From NCBI GenBank assembly GCA_002633005.1, contig NMRA01000190.1, positions 186,001 through 250,000 of the forward strand: a stretch of 64,000 nt of DNA, in the 5' to 3' direction. Position numbers and translations under genes: made by a program. The stretch comes from Phoronis australis. Taxonomy: Eukaryota > Animalia > Phoronida. Positions 12,588 through 24,175 of this stretch are shown here, one piece after another. Under the pieces are notes generated by a model. The model saw nothing but the letters and a program-made list of their open reading frames with translations, was not told the origin of the DNA and did not search any database. Within the stretch, counting starts at the first letter, position 1; each line of letters opens with the position of its first letter.

Positions 12588-13222
12588 TCCGGTGACCCAA
12601 GCGAGCACTTTCGGCGGAAGTCTTCGCTTACGTAACGCAAACAGTGAATTCTAGCCCATTGTTTGTGAGTTCTAACCCGTGAATCAACATCCCAGCCTCC
12701 GTCACCGACCAATCATTTTCGCTAATTTGCTACTTTAGTAATTAGACCAGTATTTATCAACAAGACCAGACGGCTCCGATGCATTCTGGCGTATTACTCG
12801 GAAATGACGTGTGACATAAGCCCCGTTTACATGATCAGTGGTGTTTACACCAGAGTGTATTTATGTACAGTGCGTATTTTTGTTATACAAACGCAAACAT
12901 GGGCNTCCGGTGACCCAAGCGAGCACTTTCGGCGGAAGTCTTCGCTTACGTAACGCAAACAGTGAATTCTAGCCCATTGTTTGTGAGTTCTAACCCGTGA
13001 ATCAACATCCCAGCCTCCGTCACCGACCAATCATTTTCGCTAATTTGCTACTTTAGTAATTAGACCAGTATTTATCAACAAGACCAGACGGCTCCGATGC
13101 ATTCTGGCGTATTACTCGGAAATGACGTGTGACATAAGCCCCGTTTACATGATCAGTGGTGTTTACACCAGAGTGTATTTATGTACAGTGCGTATTTTTG
13201 TCATACAAACGCAAACATGGGC
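12588..13222. repeat. 317-bp direct duplication around a single N (probable assembly overlap artefact)
   Basis: 12588-12904 repeats at 12906-13222 with one visible SNP (TGTTATAC/TGTCATAC); N at 12905. Confidence 0.85.
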
Positions 13223-13298
13223 CAATGAGCTATACCAGCAGTGATGGGACCAAAGGCGGTCGTGGTCGTTTCTACTCCTCTCCTGGTATAGCTCATTG
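13223..13298. mobile_element. 76-bp MITE with 16-bp TIR and 7-bp TSD (P-superfamily-like)
   Basis: TIR CAATGAGCTATACCAG / CTGGTATAGCTCATTG; CATGGGC on both sides (13216-13222, 13299-13305). Confidence 0.7.
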
Positions 13299-13367
13299 CA
13301 TGGGCAGAGCAACATAGGGGGCTGGGGAGCCTATGAGCTCCCATTTTTCAGTGCTTCGCCGCCCATG
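13299..13367 (-). mobile_element. ~70-bp CATGGGC...GCCCATG miniature element
   Basis: Terminal inverted CATGGGC; the reverse complement resembles both halves of the element at 24034-24175. Confidence 0.55.
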
Positions 13368-14523
13368 GCACTGAAATACACCCGGGTGTATAATTACACC
13401 ACCTCCAGAAGTCGAGTGTAAACATAAATCATCACACACGTGCAAATATACACCTGACGCATCAGAACACAATTCAAATGTACACTCGGATGTAAAAGTA
13501 AAATTACTCCACCAGAAGTGCCATTATATTTTTGTGACATCTTCTTAAGAACAACACTACTCATTCCTTTAAATTTCCAAAAGATCCTCTGTTGTCATGG
13601 CTAGCTATAGTCCTTTATTGAATGCTAGTGCTGCTGCTGCTCAGTGCTGCTGCTGCTACTGTTCATGCTGTTGTTGCTGCTTCTGTTGCTGAGCGGCTGC
13701 CGCGCTGCAGCTCCGTCGCGGGCTTTGAAGGGGTGAAACTCTCACGGCTTTTTACTGATGTGACTGTTTCATTGGACATCCCTAAACAGGTGCAATAGGC
13801 ATTCCTAAACTTCACCAGCACAAATCAGTTTTTTCATTGGCTCACTTTGCTGAAGATCGTTGTCCACTTTGAATGCTGAATTTCCGAAAGCCAGCCTGTC
13901 GTGAACGCGATCGATCCGACCACGCCATCTCGTGTTCACAACATTAATTACGTAATCAGTATACCAGTAATCACACACCAAAAGGTAACCCAACACTGGG
14001 ACAGCTAGGGCTGTTGAAACAGAAACCGCGAGCAGTATTTCCATCGATACCACTCAGATCGCCTAAATCTGGAAAATATCAAATTTATCCTTCCAAGTGA
14101 TGGCCTTGTTGAATTTTTTAGCAGTTTGACTATATACTATAGTTGTCTATGGTTTGACAAATAAAGTACAATCAGTTACGACTGCCTGAGCTAACTTCAC
14201 GCCTGTGGTTACCAATAGTGCGGTTACCAAATCCTGTACGCGCTTGGCTCCCACCAGACAGTTGGATTGTCTTATTCGCTTGTTATACGTTCGACCAGGA
14301 AGAGATTCCTGGTTCGACGAATACTTGGTAAAAGACTAGGCATACAGAAGGGTCATGACTGGGCCATTTGACAATTTTCAGCAATTTTAAATGTGTATTG
14401 CCACAAGTCCGTCGACCGCTCTTTTATGTCCACACATGCCGTTTGCGTAAGAACTACCCAGATTCAAGGCAATTGTTCTAAAAGAATAATTTCCTTACAA
14501 GCACACGTTGCTTGTTTGAACTT

Positions 14524-14665
14524 GTCTGCAGAGCCATCTGTATACTCTCGGGTTCAGGTGGTGGTGGGGTACTCTCTGTCCAGGGTTTCTAGGGTGAGGG
14601 CCTTCAGGTCTGCCTCCAGTTGCGTATGCTTTGCTTCAATCCCAGGGATGTCGAGAATGTGTTGA
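14524..14665 (-). mobile_element. Decayed non-LTR retrotransposon fragment (RNase H N-terminus, I/Ingi-like)
   Basis: Minus frame reads LDIPGIEAKHTQLEADLKALTLETLDREYPTTT*TREYTDGSAD; YTDGSA is the first catalytic motif of RNase HI, and the stop sits where a Trp is typical. Confidence 0.65.
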
Positions 14666-15134
14666 CGAACAAAAAGTAAGAGAGACACAAATCTTGCCAA
14701 TTCCACCGGATATATTTTGCAGCTTTCACTTGCAGGGTCACGCGCCTCCCTCAGTCTTGGTAAAACGTATTTTGAACAGGTGAAAATCTTATTCGGTGAT
14801 CGGAACTGGACTACCGGACGTTTAAAGACAAGGAATGAAATTAGTATGGTCAGTGATAGGGAGTATTGTTGCCTAGGACTTAAATGGTTCGCACTGAGAG
14901 TAACATCAAATGTTTGCAAGTGTAATATTACCATTTGCTGGCAAACTTTACAAATAGTTTCGCTAACTCAACTCGCCATTAGCAACAAAAAAGCATATTT
15001 ATTGTATAATCAGTTACAGATTGACAAGCATTCTCCCACATATCATCAATAAGATAATCCGTAACAGTTGTAAAGGTAGGAATATTGTGTAGAAACAACT
15101 ACAAAATATGTATGCTGCTTGGTAGCAGTTTAGC

Positions 15135-17177
15135 TTAAGTAGTCAAAATGAGTGAAATGTACTTGAGAGAATACCCAAAACCTAAGTAATCTTTATAAAA
15201 TATGCCGTCGTAGTAACCTCCGCTAGGAGTGTAGGGCCCACCACTATAGAAATGGCCAGTGGGTAAAATATAGCTGCAATAGTTGTACCACCAGCCGCCT
15301 TTCATGTTGGCGGCGCAGTTGTAGCGATCAGGGCGGTCGTAGGTGGCAAAGGGCATGCCGTTGTTGTGTGACAAATCGTCTGGTACATTCGACGACGCCG
15401 AGTTGAAATGTGACACGGTCAATTTGTAGCCTAGAGAAGGTCCCGCCACGTAAAAGTAATCGTACACAGCCTGACGGTCGTTGCCGTGCCAGTCTTGGAG
15501 TTTAATGGTTAAGCGCCGGTAGCCTGGAAAAATTGTATGAAGATCGGTTAAATTGGGACTTCAAAACGATCGATTTTTAATTAACAGAGATCGACTCACG
15601 CAAACGAGTCAACTACATGTATAGCGCACAGAACCAAATCCAAAACAAATATTGCACACACAAAAGTGAATACCTCAACACAGTAAAGTTCCCGTTAAAG
15701 CTGTTTTTAACGAAAATACAATTAAGCTTAAATTTAAAGAATCACTTCATTTTAGTGTATTTTAGCTCCAAAAAGCCTACTTAATCGTAGATGCAAGTAT
15801 AACAATTTTCCTGGCGAAATCAATTGCCACCTTAGATAGAACTCACTTTAGTTTTTCCACATTTTTGCCTCCCGGGCATGACTACTGACGGAAAGCGCTT
15901 TGTTTCTTTTCTAAAACATAACTAGAAAATACGAAAAACGTATGCAGATACTGCCAATACATAGAGCTTGTCTACAGCCTAAAACACTTACATTCAAAGT
16001 GCGTTTCATTGCTTTTAAAGGGCACGGCAAACCTAGTCGGCCATCCCAATTGAAAACGAGCAAAACAGGCAAACTAAAACCACCACTTGTACGCTACTAC
16101 AAGGAACCAGCAGACAACGCACTCAGAATGCAAAATCACATCAGATTCCAAAAATTGAGAAGACAATTGGTGTCCACTAGTGCGTTTTTCTGCTGGTGTG
16201 ATAAGTCTGAGGGATACCTAACTTCCTGTTTAACTTGCTTTGCCGCCAGGAAGTGGTAGTAAGCCATACTGCAAGAAAAGTAGGTCAAGGAGGCAGCAAA
16301 CAGAATTGTTCAAAAACAGATTAAAAAATTAAACACATGCCATTCATTGCCACCACAATCAGAGTAAATCTCAAAATGTCAAGCCAACCCAGCAGGCAGA
16401 ATTTTTTGACAAATAAAATGTGGGAGGGGGAATTTGACGGTGGCTCGAGACTGAAACTTCCGTGTTTCACCTGAATTGAGAGAGTAGTATATCCTCAAAA
16501 CTACGCACTGCGATGCGCACCAACTTTCGCTGTAAGCAAAAAGGTCAGTGGCAGAAATCGCCGTTATGAGAAGGCAAATGTCAAGACAAGTTTGCCAGGG
16601 TTAATCAGTTCATTTCACAGTTTTCGTTTCAGGCCGTGAGTAGAAGGAAATGTCCTTTAACAACAATTAGGACAAAATATATAGATGGAATCGAAAGTTA
16701 AATAGTTACCTTGTGTTGTTAAACTGTTGATAGTCTTCAGACCGGCCCATAAGTCAGATTGCACCGTACCAAACCCATATTCATAGTCGGAATATCTCCG
16801 GTAAAAGGTGGTATCGCCATTTATGCGCCTGAGTATGACATGTGATGTTGAGTTCAGGGTATGTTCGCAAAATACCTGCAACGACGTTTCAATAAAAATG
16901 TCTCAACCACAGCTGCCATGTTTAGGAATGTGATAAAGCAATTGAATGCATGCTAGAAAAATTGTGTCTCCTGCTCTTATGTTTCCGGTAAACTCGAACG
17001 ATCGAAAGACTAACTTGTATCACTAAGCTCACACTGTGTGACGTCACTGATGTCTGGAGGGTTTGTGAAGGAGACAGTCGAAAAACGGAGAACATACCTT
17101 CGCTGGAGTGTCGTCTTGAAGATAGATCTCGAAGAACCCTGGTTTGGTGTGACCACGTTTATGGTAGTGGTAACAAT
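15135..17177 (-). CDS. Fibrinogen-related domain (FReD/FBG) protein, 5'-partial: complement(join(15135..15523,16710..16875,17098..17177))
   Basis: Phase-consistent GT-AG exons give DCYHYHKRGHTKPGFFEIYL..K|VFCE..VILRRING...FYRRYSDYEYGFG...LWAGLKTINSLT..G|YRRLTIKLQDWHG...AVYDYFYV...YKL...DDLSHNNGMPFATYDRPD..NCA..MKGGWWYNYC...GIFY...YSLK. Upstream exon(s) not identified. Confidence 0.88.
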
Positions 17178-18623
17178 CTGGAAAGGAAATGCCCCTCTTA
17201 AATATGAAAAAGGAAATTTGCGATTTAAACCAGGCCAAGCTGAGATTTCAATCAAAATTGCATAGGGGGCAAGGCCGTTATGGTACACGAGAACTTGAAG
17301 GCTGAGTGAAAGGTTATGTCGTGAGATCCGAGTCACTTTCTGCTTGTTGTGCTCGGCGACATTTCGCTAAGCCTTGAGTGATTGTGATCTCGCAAGAACT
17401 CGCCTGAACGAGTGTAGGGTACCAGCTATTCCACTTTTGCTACGTCCCATGAAAGAAAAAAAAACATGAAGATGAAAAAACATTTCATGTCACAAAGTGG
17501 CATCCCATGGTTGGTGGTCGGCCATCTTTCAATCGCGCCGAGCGTTCGTCGGTGGTTAAACTGGCTCCACATTTCCGAAGGGTAGTGACAAGGGTACACA
17601 GCATTGCTTTGTTTTTAAAAATAAAATAAAATTGGTCGAGTAATGGAAAAACTGGATTTAGTGTCAGGTGTTTTGAAAACCGAGTACAATGAATTGTCGT
17701 TTGAAAAACAATGGATCAAGAACGCCGATCGCGCGCCATCCCAATCAAGCCGGATGTGCGTTATTTGGCGGCCCTCTCGAGTGGCTCCGGGTGACTGTAT
17801 ATCATAACAGCGAGGCATACCTGATACTACCATACAAGCAAACGGTTTTGCACTCTTTTTGAATTCACTTTAACAAATGTTGGAAGGTCCTCCATATGTT
17901 TTTCACACTTACAAGCGGCACTAAACTGGTGCTTACTGTAAAAACACAAGCTTTGCGTAACAAAATGAGTATTTTCTCGTTCCTTATTCATTTTCAAAGT
18001 GATTTCTGGGTTCGGGAACAACTGACAGTTTGTTTTTTCTTCAGACCGAGCCAACAATCCGCCGTAACCCGAAAGCGACGCATGCGCACAAAGGCAACAT
18101 GCCCATACCTATCTAGATCGGTTTGAATATTCTGTTCACTGCACCGTCGCTAAACTAATTTTACAACCAAGCTGTTTTAATAGAACGAGCACAATTTTTA
18201 CTCTGAAATCGGGGATCAGTGTTTTCGACATACTTTTTTTTTTCATTTTATGGCGTAAAATCACGCCAAACCACACCTTACACGTGGTGCCTTTAATACA
18301 TTTATCTCAGCAGAAACCCATCTAGATAAGATGAGCCAGCTTAAAACGATAGTTTGAGTTTATGGCTTTCTGATACTGAGCGGGTAATGTATCATCGATA
18401 ATACGGTGCTCGTAACTTGCATTGAAAATTACAAGCATTGTGCGCGGAGTGTCATAAAATATCAGGTCACGACGCTCCTTCAAAGCCCTGAAACAGGTCG
18501 ACTAAAGGAACAACTTGAGACCAATGAAGTTCATAAACGCAAATGGTCTAAATCAAAACAAAAATTGTGATGTACGGCGGGTTTGTGAGGTATAACCTTT
18601 GTAACTACTGACCGGTCTGTATG

Positions 18624-18945
18624 AAAATTTTCTCCTAGCATGAAATGTTCTCCTGGCTTGAAATTTTCTCCTGGGAAGAAATTTTCTCCTGGGAAGAAAT
18701 TCTATGTAATGGCGTGATACATTTTCTGTCCTGGCGTGATCAATTTTGTGTTCAGGCGTGATAAATCTTGTGTCCTGACATGTTAAGTTTTGGTCCTGAC
18801 ATGTTAAGTGTTGGTACTGACATGTTAAGTTTTGGTACTGACATGTTAAATTTTGGTACTGTCATGTTAAGTTTTGGTCCTGACATGTTAAGTTTTGGTC
18901 CTGACGTGATAAATCATAGGTTCTGGCGCAATAAATTTTGGTTTT
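18624..18945. repeat. Compound minisatellite (18-bp then 21-bp units)
   Basis: ~4-5 x AAATTTTCTCCTGGGAAG followed by ~10 degenerate-to-exact copies of CTGACATGTTAAGTTTTGGTC/A. Confidence 0.85.
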
Positions 18946-20423
18946 GAGTTTATTTTTTGGTCCTACTGAGAATTTCATTCTTGAATAGAAAATTTCTGTC
19001 CTGGAATTTTTCGCTTTGACTTTCCATGTTATACTGTAAAATTAGTCGATTTGTCGGTTGGCCGACCATTTTCAACAGAGATTACAAGCGATTCCGGTTA
19101 TTATCGAGTCATGTACAGGAGTGTTTTACAAAACAGGGTATTTGCCCTTCCACATTGACCTACTGTGCAGACCAATTTTATTTCCTTGTTTAAAGTTATT
19201 TTTTCAATCATTTATCGCACATTTCATTTCTCATCTAATAAAAACCGGTATGAAGTTCTAAAAAGAAATTTCTTCTAGATATGTTTATATTATGTCCATG
19301 TTCCCCGCCAAAGACTTGTTCAAAAGTGTGTATAAATATAATTCAGTGAGGCGTGGAAATATTTAGAAATAGTTTATCCCATTCAACCCACCAACAAAGG
19401 TGCAACAAATACTAAAGGCAAACCCTGTATGTATTCCAGGCTAGAACATGCGTTTTGTGATACACCTTGAAATATGAAGAGGTATATCTGAGTTACATTG
19501 TGGGTGATTTTCCTAGGACTTGTTATAAACCTATACTTTAGTAATAACATTCCACTGGTAGTGCGAGATAATAATTTGCTGTAATTGTTTTGAAATAAAA
19601 AATAACATTTTCTGCAAACTTAAAAATACTCAGGAGTTCAGCCAGGTTTAAATACTTTGGCCATATTTTGACAATACCCAAGCATAGGCAGTTACTATAC
19701 TGGCACTAACAGTTGTTAGAAAACTTCACATGTGTTCAATTGAGGTTAATCTTTAAAATATTCTCTCTTTGTGGTGGACATTTAAATCTCAGCGATGTTA
19801 CCACATTGTATTTAAGCGGTTTCTTAGTTTCTCAAATTTTGAGAGTACCTCTTTAGTGTGATCCATTTTTTACTTTCCTTCATGCAAAGCTACATTGCGG
19901 AAACTTATCTTTTGTTTTCTACATTGCCTTTTTGATTCTGACGATCTCCATACATTATGTACGCTTATTAAAACTGTTCAGGACTTTCATTTGTATTTCA
20001 AATTTCAATTCCTGCCTTCGTTTGAACTGGTTACATTCATTTTATACCACATTCATGCAGTCTGTGAGTTTAGCCTTTCTCTCAATAATTTTGCTTTTTT
20101 AGAGTCACTCTACATTTTAAGCTGTAAGGTTCCACAATCTTAATTATCACATTATAGATCGTAGATATTATCACAGATATGAACAACTGTATGTTTTAAC
20201 AGAGAGTCTGAAATATAAAATACTCCATTCAAATCCGTTCTATTCTTTTCTTTTCTAATTGCACTTGAATTACTGAATTACTAATTAATGAACACTGACT
20301 TCTGAAATTTTTTAAATAAAGGTATTTGTTTCAAACTACCAATAAACCGACGCAGTGTCATGCGTTCTGCTGATAAATTGCTTAATAGGACACTTGGCAC
20401 CCTACTAAACGTTAATTGCAGAC

Positions 20424-20968
20424 GGAAGCCGATGAGTCCGTGACCCGTGTTTGGCGGTCCGTTAACCGTGTTTCCTCGTGAATATGAGTCCGTGTCCCGT
20501 GTATTTGGGTGCGTGGATCGTGTTTTGTGAGTCCGTTCCCGTGTTTGTGAGTCAGTGGACGGTGTTTGCAGGTCCGTGAGTCGTGTTCATACGTCCGTGC
20601 CCGTGTTTATGAGTCCGTTGACCGTGTAGTTTAGGTACCTTGCACATGCATGAAGCGTGTGTAAATAATCAAGGTACCTAAACCTACACGGTCAACGGAC
20701 TCATAAACGGACAAAATGAAGATGTCAGCTGACCCAGGAAGCCGATGAGTCCGTGACCCGTGTTAAGCGGTCCGTTAACCGTGTTTCCTCGTGAATAAGA
20801 TTCCGTGTCCCGTGTATTTGGGTGCGTGGATCGTGTTTGGTGAGTCCGTTCCCGTGTCTGTGAGTCAGTGGACGGTGTTTGCAGGTCCGTGAGTCGTGTT
20901 CAAGCGTCCGTGCCCGTGTTTATAAGTCCGTTGACCGGCGGTGTAGTTTAAGTACCTTGATAATTTAC
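20424..20968. mobile_element. Tandem pair of a TIR element with internal GAGTCCGTG subrepeats
   Basis: 20424-20642 repeats at 20737-20959. 20661-20708 is the inverted copy of the unit's right end, so 20661-20968 has ~48-bp TIRs and copy 1 is a 5'-truncated neighbour. Confidence 0.7.
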
Positions 20969-21254
20969 GTGTGTGCAACCCGGATGAAGGGTGATTGATT
21001 TTTTCGGACTGGGCGAGTGAATGGAAGCAAAACAAAAGTATACGTATAAGGCGATCCGAGCAATAGGTCTAATTCAATGCTTGTTCATATTTTGCAATGA
21101 ATCAGTTTTATAGGAGTGTTCTCGAATCTTACGTTGTATATAGAGTATATAATAATTCCATAACAACTTTCAAATAGTCTAGAGGAGATGGAGTCGTTTT
21201 GCAGGCCCATAAGATGCCGCTCTAGCGTGTACCCCAAACGGACACAACACCCAG

Positions 21255-21312
21255 TAGGCAATGACCATCGCCTCTGTTCGCCCGGGCGAACAGAGGCGAT
21301 GGTCATTGCCTA
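21255..21312. mobile_element. 58-bp perfect palindrome with 9-bp TSD (minimal Mutator-like MITE)
   Basis: TAGGCAATGACCATCGCCTCTGTTCGCCC|GGGCGAACAGAGGCGATGGTCATTGCCTA, flanked by AACACCCAG at 21246-21254 and 21313-21321. Confidence 0.85.
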
Positions 21313-22327
21313 AACACCCAGCAAACCAAACTCAAACTGAGCCGAGACGATTAGGCCTACTCCGTTTTCTCAACTCCCGGCGAGACAAGAGATTGTCACG
21401 GATTGGCGCTGTCACAGCTCGACCAGGCTTCACCCTCTCAATTGATTGATGACTTTGTTACATTACCTCGAGGCAAGTCCTTAGAGCCCAGATTCGCTCC
21501 AAGCGTCACTCCAACCAGCAAAGCCATACACAACAGAAGAGCTGACGACATGTTTCTACCAGTAGCTGTAACGATCACTGCGAGTGCGTCAAGTGGGCTG
21601 CAGACGGTGATTTATATACAACCACAAGCAACTGGAACGTTTCGGTTTCACAACCCCACGTGTTGCAAGGAATGTTGTGTTTGTCTGCACGATGATGTGT
21701 GTGAACCCGATAAAAACCCGGCGAAGGATAAACGTGAACTTACCGTAAAACAATCGAAACCGTCTCGCTTGTGATATCGTGGTGCAATAAGCCACTATCA
21801 AAGTGTACAGCGAAGAAGGCTGACCGACGAATAGTCTACTGAATTCATGGTCCCTAAAATGTTCTGATAATACAAATTTTATTTGTGATTAAGAAAACAT
21901 CTTATTTATTCAGGCGTCAGTTGACCTAACGAGGAAATACGGTAGTTTTGCAACGCAGTCATGTGACTAGAGCTTGACCTGAATGTCTGTGAATGACAAT
22001 TAGTCATAAACCACTATCGTACCAAAATAGACTGCACAATCTCCAAATGGGATTGGCTTTTTATCCCTATTATCCTCAATGTTTGCAATCGTTTGCGTGT
22101 ACATAGCTTGGACAACGGCAAAATTCAATGTCGTGATCGCAACTATTATGTTTCTAATCATCGCCAGAACCGATCCCACTGCAGTGTGGTAATTCTTCAA
22201 GTACTTTGCTGAAATCATGACAACCCCTTTCAATTCAAATCCAAAAACCGACCAGTATGGCGAATAGTTCGTCGCATTTAGGCTAGTACGGTAAACCCGT
22301 ACTTCCAACACAAAAACATCTTTTGAT

Positions 22328-22650
22328 CCCGGGTGGTCAGACTCACTGACAAGGTACCCGCAGGCGTGTACCAAAAATGCGGTTAGGCGTTACTTTTCCT
22401 GCAAGTTTTGCAAGACCCGCGCGGGGTTCAATAGGCCCCTAAATTTCCATTTTATCCCGCAAAAGGCATTGCCCTCAGCCCCGCAAACGGCGCCCTGCCC
22501 GTCTTCCTTCTGAAAAATCTACCCCGCAAAAGAGGATGGGAATTAACACTGAGACCTGCTGACATCCGCAACAGGGGGTCCGACTCTCAGCAATTTTTGG
22601 TACGTACACGCCTGCGGGCACGTACTCTGTCATTATGAGTGACCCCCGTG
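22328..22650. mobile_element. MITE with ~50-bp imperfect TIRs
   Basis: CCCGGGTGGTCAGACTCACTGACAAGGTACCCGCAGGCGTGTACCAAAAA vs TTTTTGGTACGTACACGCCTGCGGGCACGTACTCTGTCATTATGAGTGACCCCCGTG; no clear TSD. Confidence 0.6.
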
Positions 22651-24033
22651 CTTTTTATGCACCACTTTAGCTGTTGTGCAACTGGTTTCAAATTTGATGT
22701 CATTTCAGGGTTTCAAAATAACTGACAGATTGCTGTTGCTCAAGTTCAAGCTCTACGTATCGAGTTCAGTGGCCTGTCGGCCAAGGCAGGGCGCGGGGTC
22801 CGGCGGGGGCGGGGAGGGGTTGAGGGGCTATACCGAACACGGTGTCAGGGACTAACTGGCTAACGTGTTCTTCCATACAAACCTAAAACTCACTCCTCAT
22901 CTGAGTAAAGAAGAAATTGATGTCAAATCCGTAGCGTAAATGATCTAAATCAAAAGTGCGTTTCTTGGACTTCGGTGGAGCATGGGTAAAGCCGGCGCTG
23001 GAAATGAAAAATGCCGTGGCGTGTTCTGTACTATTGTGTTTCACTACACGGCTCTAGATCATGTACATCACATAGGAAATGCGGGCATTACTAGGTAAAA
23101 ATATCTGTTCACCACTTACGATTATTCAGAGAAGTTGTTGACATGTCATTTTGGCGAGACTCCACCAGTTTTCTAAAAGGGGAGCGCATGCTTCCAATTG
23201 CCTTGGAAATCGCGACCTATTTTTGCTACTCATCATACCCGTAGAATGACTCAGTGGGGGCAAAGCATTGCTAGTTTTCCGAGTTGCTCGTATCCAAGGG
23301 AGTCACCACTGGTCCGAACGCATCCCAAAACGGTAGTGAGGTTTTCACAAGGAGCTGAGCACCCACTGGCACTCACTTCAGTGACAGTTCGGGTACGCCT
23401 CATCCTGAGCTGGAACAGTTTTGTTTCCAAACCACTGAACAACTTAACAATTAGTGTGGTATCCGTTTCTTACTCCTAATTTGTTAAAACAAACATAATT
23501 CCTACGTGCAGGTGGCCATTAGTACATAGAACTCTGACGGCCGCTGCAAGTGGAATCGGTTGTTTTTAGTTGTACTTGTAGGCTAAGTTAGTGAAAATTC
23601 AGCGGCACAAATCAATGGTCTAGTAATTTTGTAAATTTTCACAGATATTCAATCCTAACTCCTTACATGGCTCAATGAAAATGAAATAACACAACCTCGT
23701 GCTTCACATTTCTAAAGATGTTTTCATGGGCCCCAACCCAAGTGTTTCCAAAGTGAAATTCCTGACTGCAAATGTCTTTTTACTTTAATGCGGGAAAGGG
23801 CCATAGAAGGTGACGAACCATTGTGACGGAGTTTGACGTTGACTTTGTTGAATGTTAGTGCATGACTACCTTCCTATGGCCTGTATACTGATTGTGATCT
23901 GGCCTATTGTAAGAGCCTTTGTCCTGCGTTTTCCCATTGTCTGCCTAACAAGTCCTACTTTGTTTTTATTTTTCTAGTGCGCACTCACTCATTTGAAACA
24001 GCTTCAAAACCTTATTTTTATTACTTATTAAAA

Positions 24034-24175
24034 CATGGGCGGCGCAGCACTGAAAGAAGTGGGGGGCTAAAGCCTCTTCAGCCCCCTGTGGGGCACCACT
24101 TATAGACTATGCAGCGTAGAACTGAAAAAAGTGGGGGGTTACAGCCCCCCAGCCCCCTATGATGCGCCACCCATG
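24034..24175 (+). mobile_element. Dimeric CATGGGC...CCCATG miniature element
   Basis: Two ~70-bp related units (ACTGAAA-GTGGGGGG-CAGCCCCCT); homologous to 13299-13367; TAAAA on both flanks. Confidence 0.55.

Noticed and set aside
21085-21449. Two opposite-strand ORFs with identical N-termini as a gene pair
   Set aside because: A by-product of the 58-bp palindrome.
23251-23442. Candidate upstream exon of the FReD gene
   Set aside because: The short AG..GT segment has a stop in the phase needed and no signal-peptide or FReD-like features.
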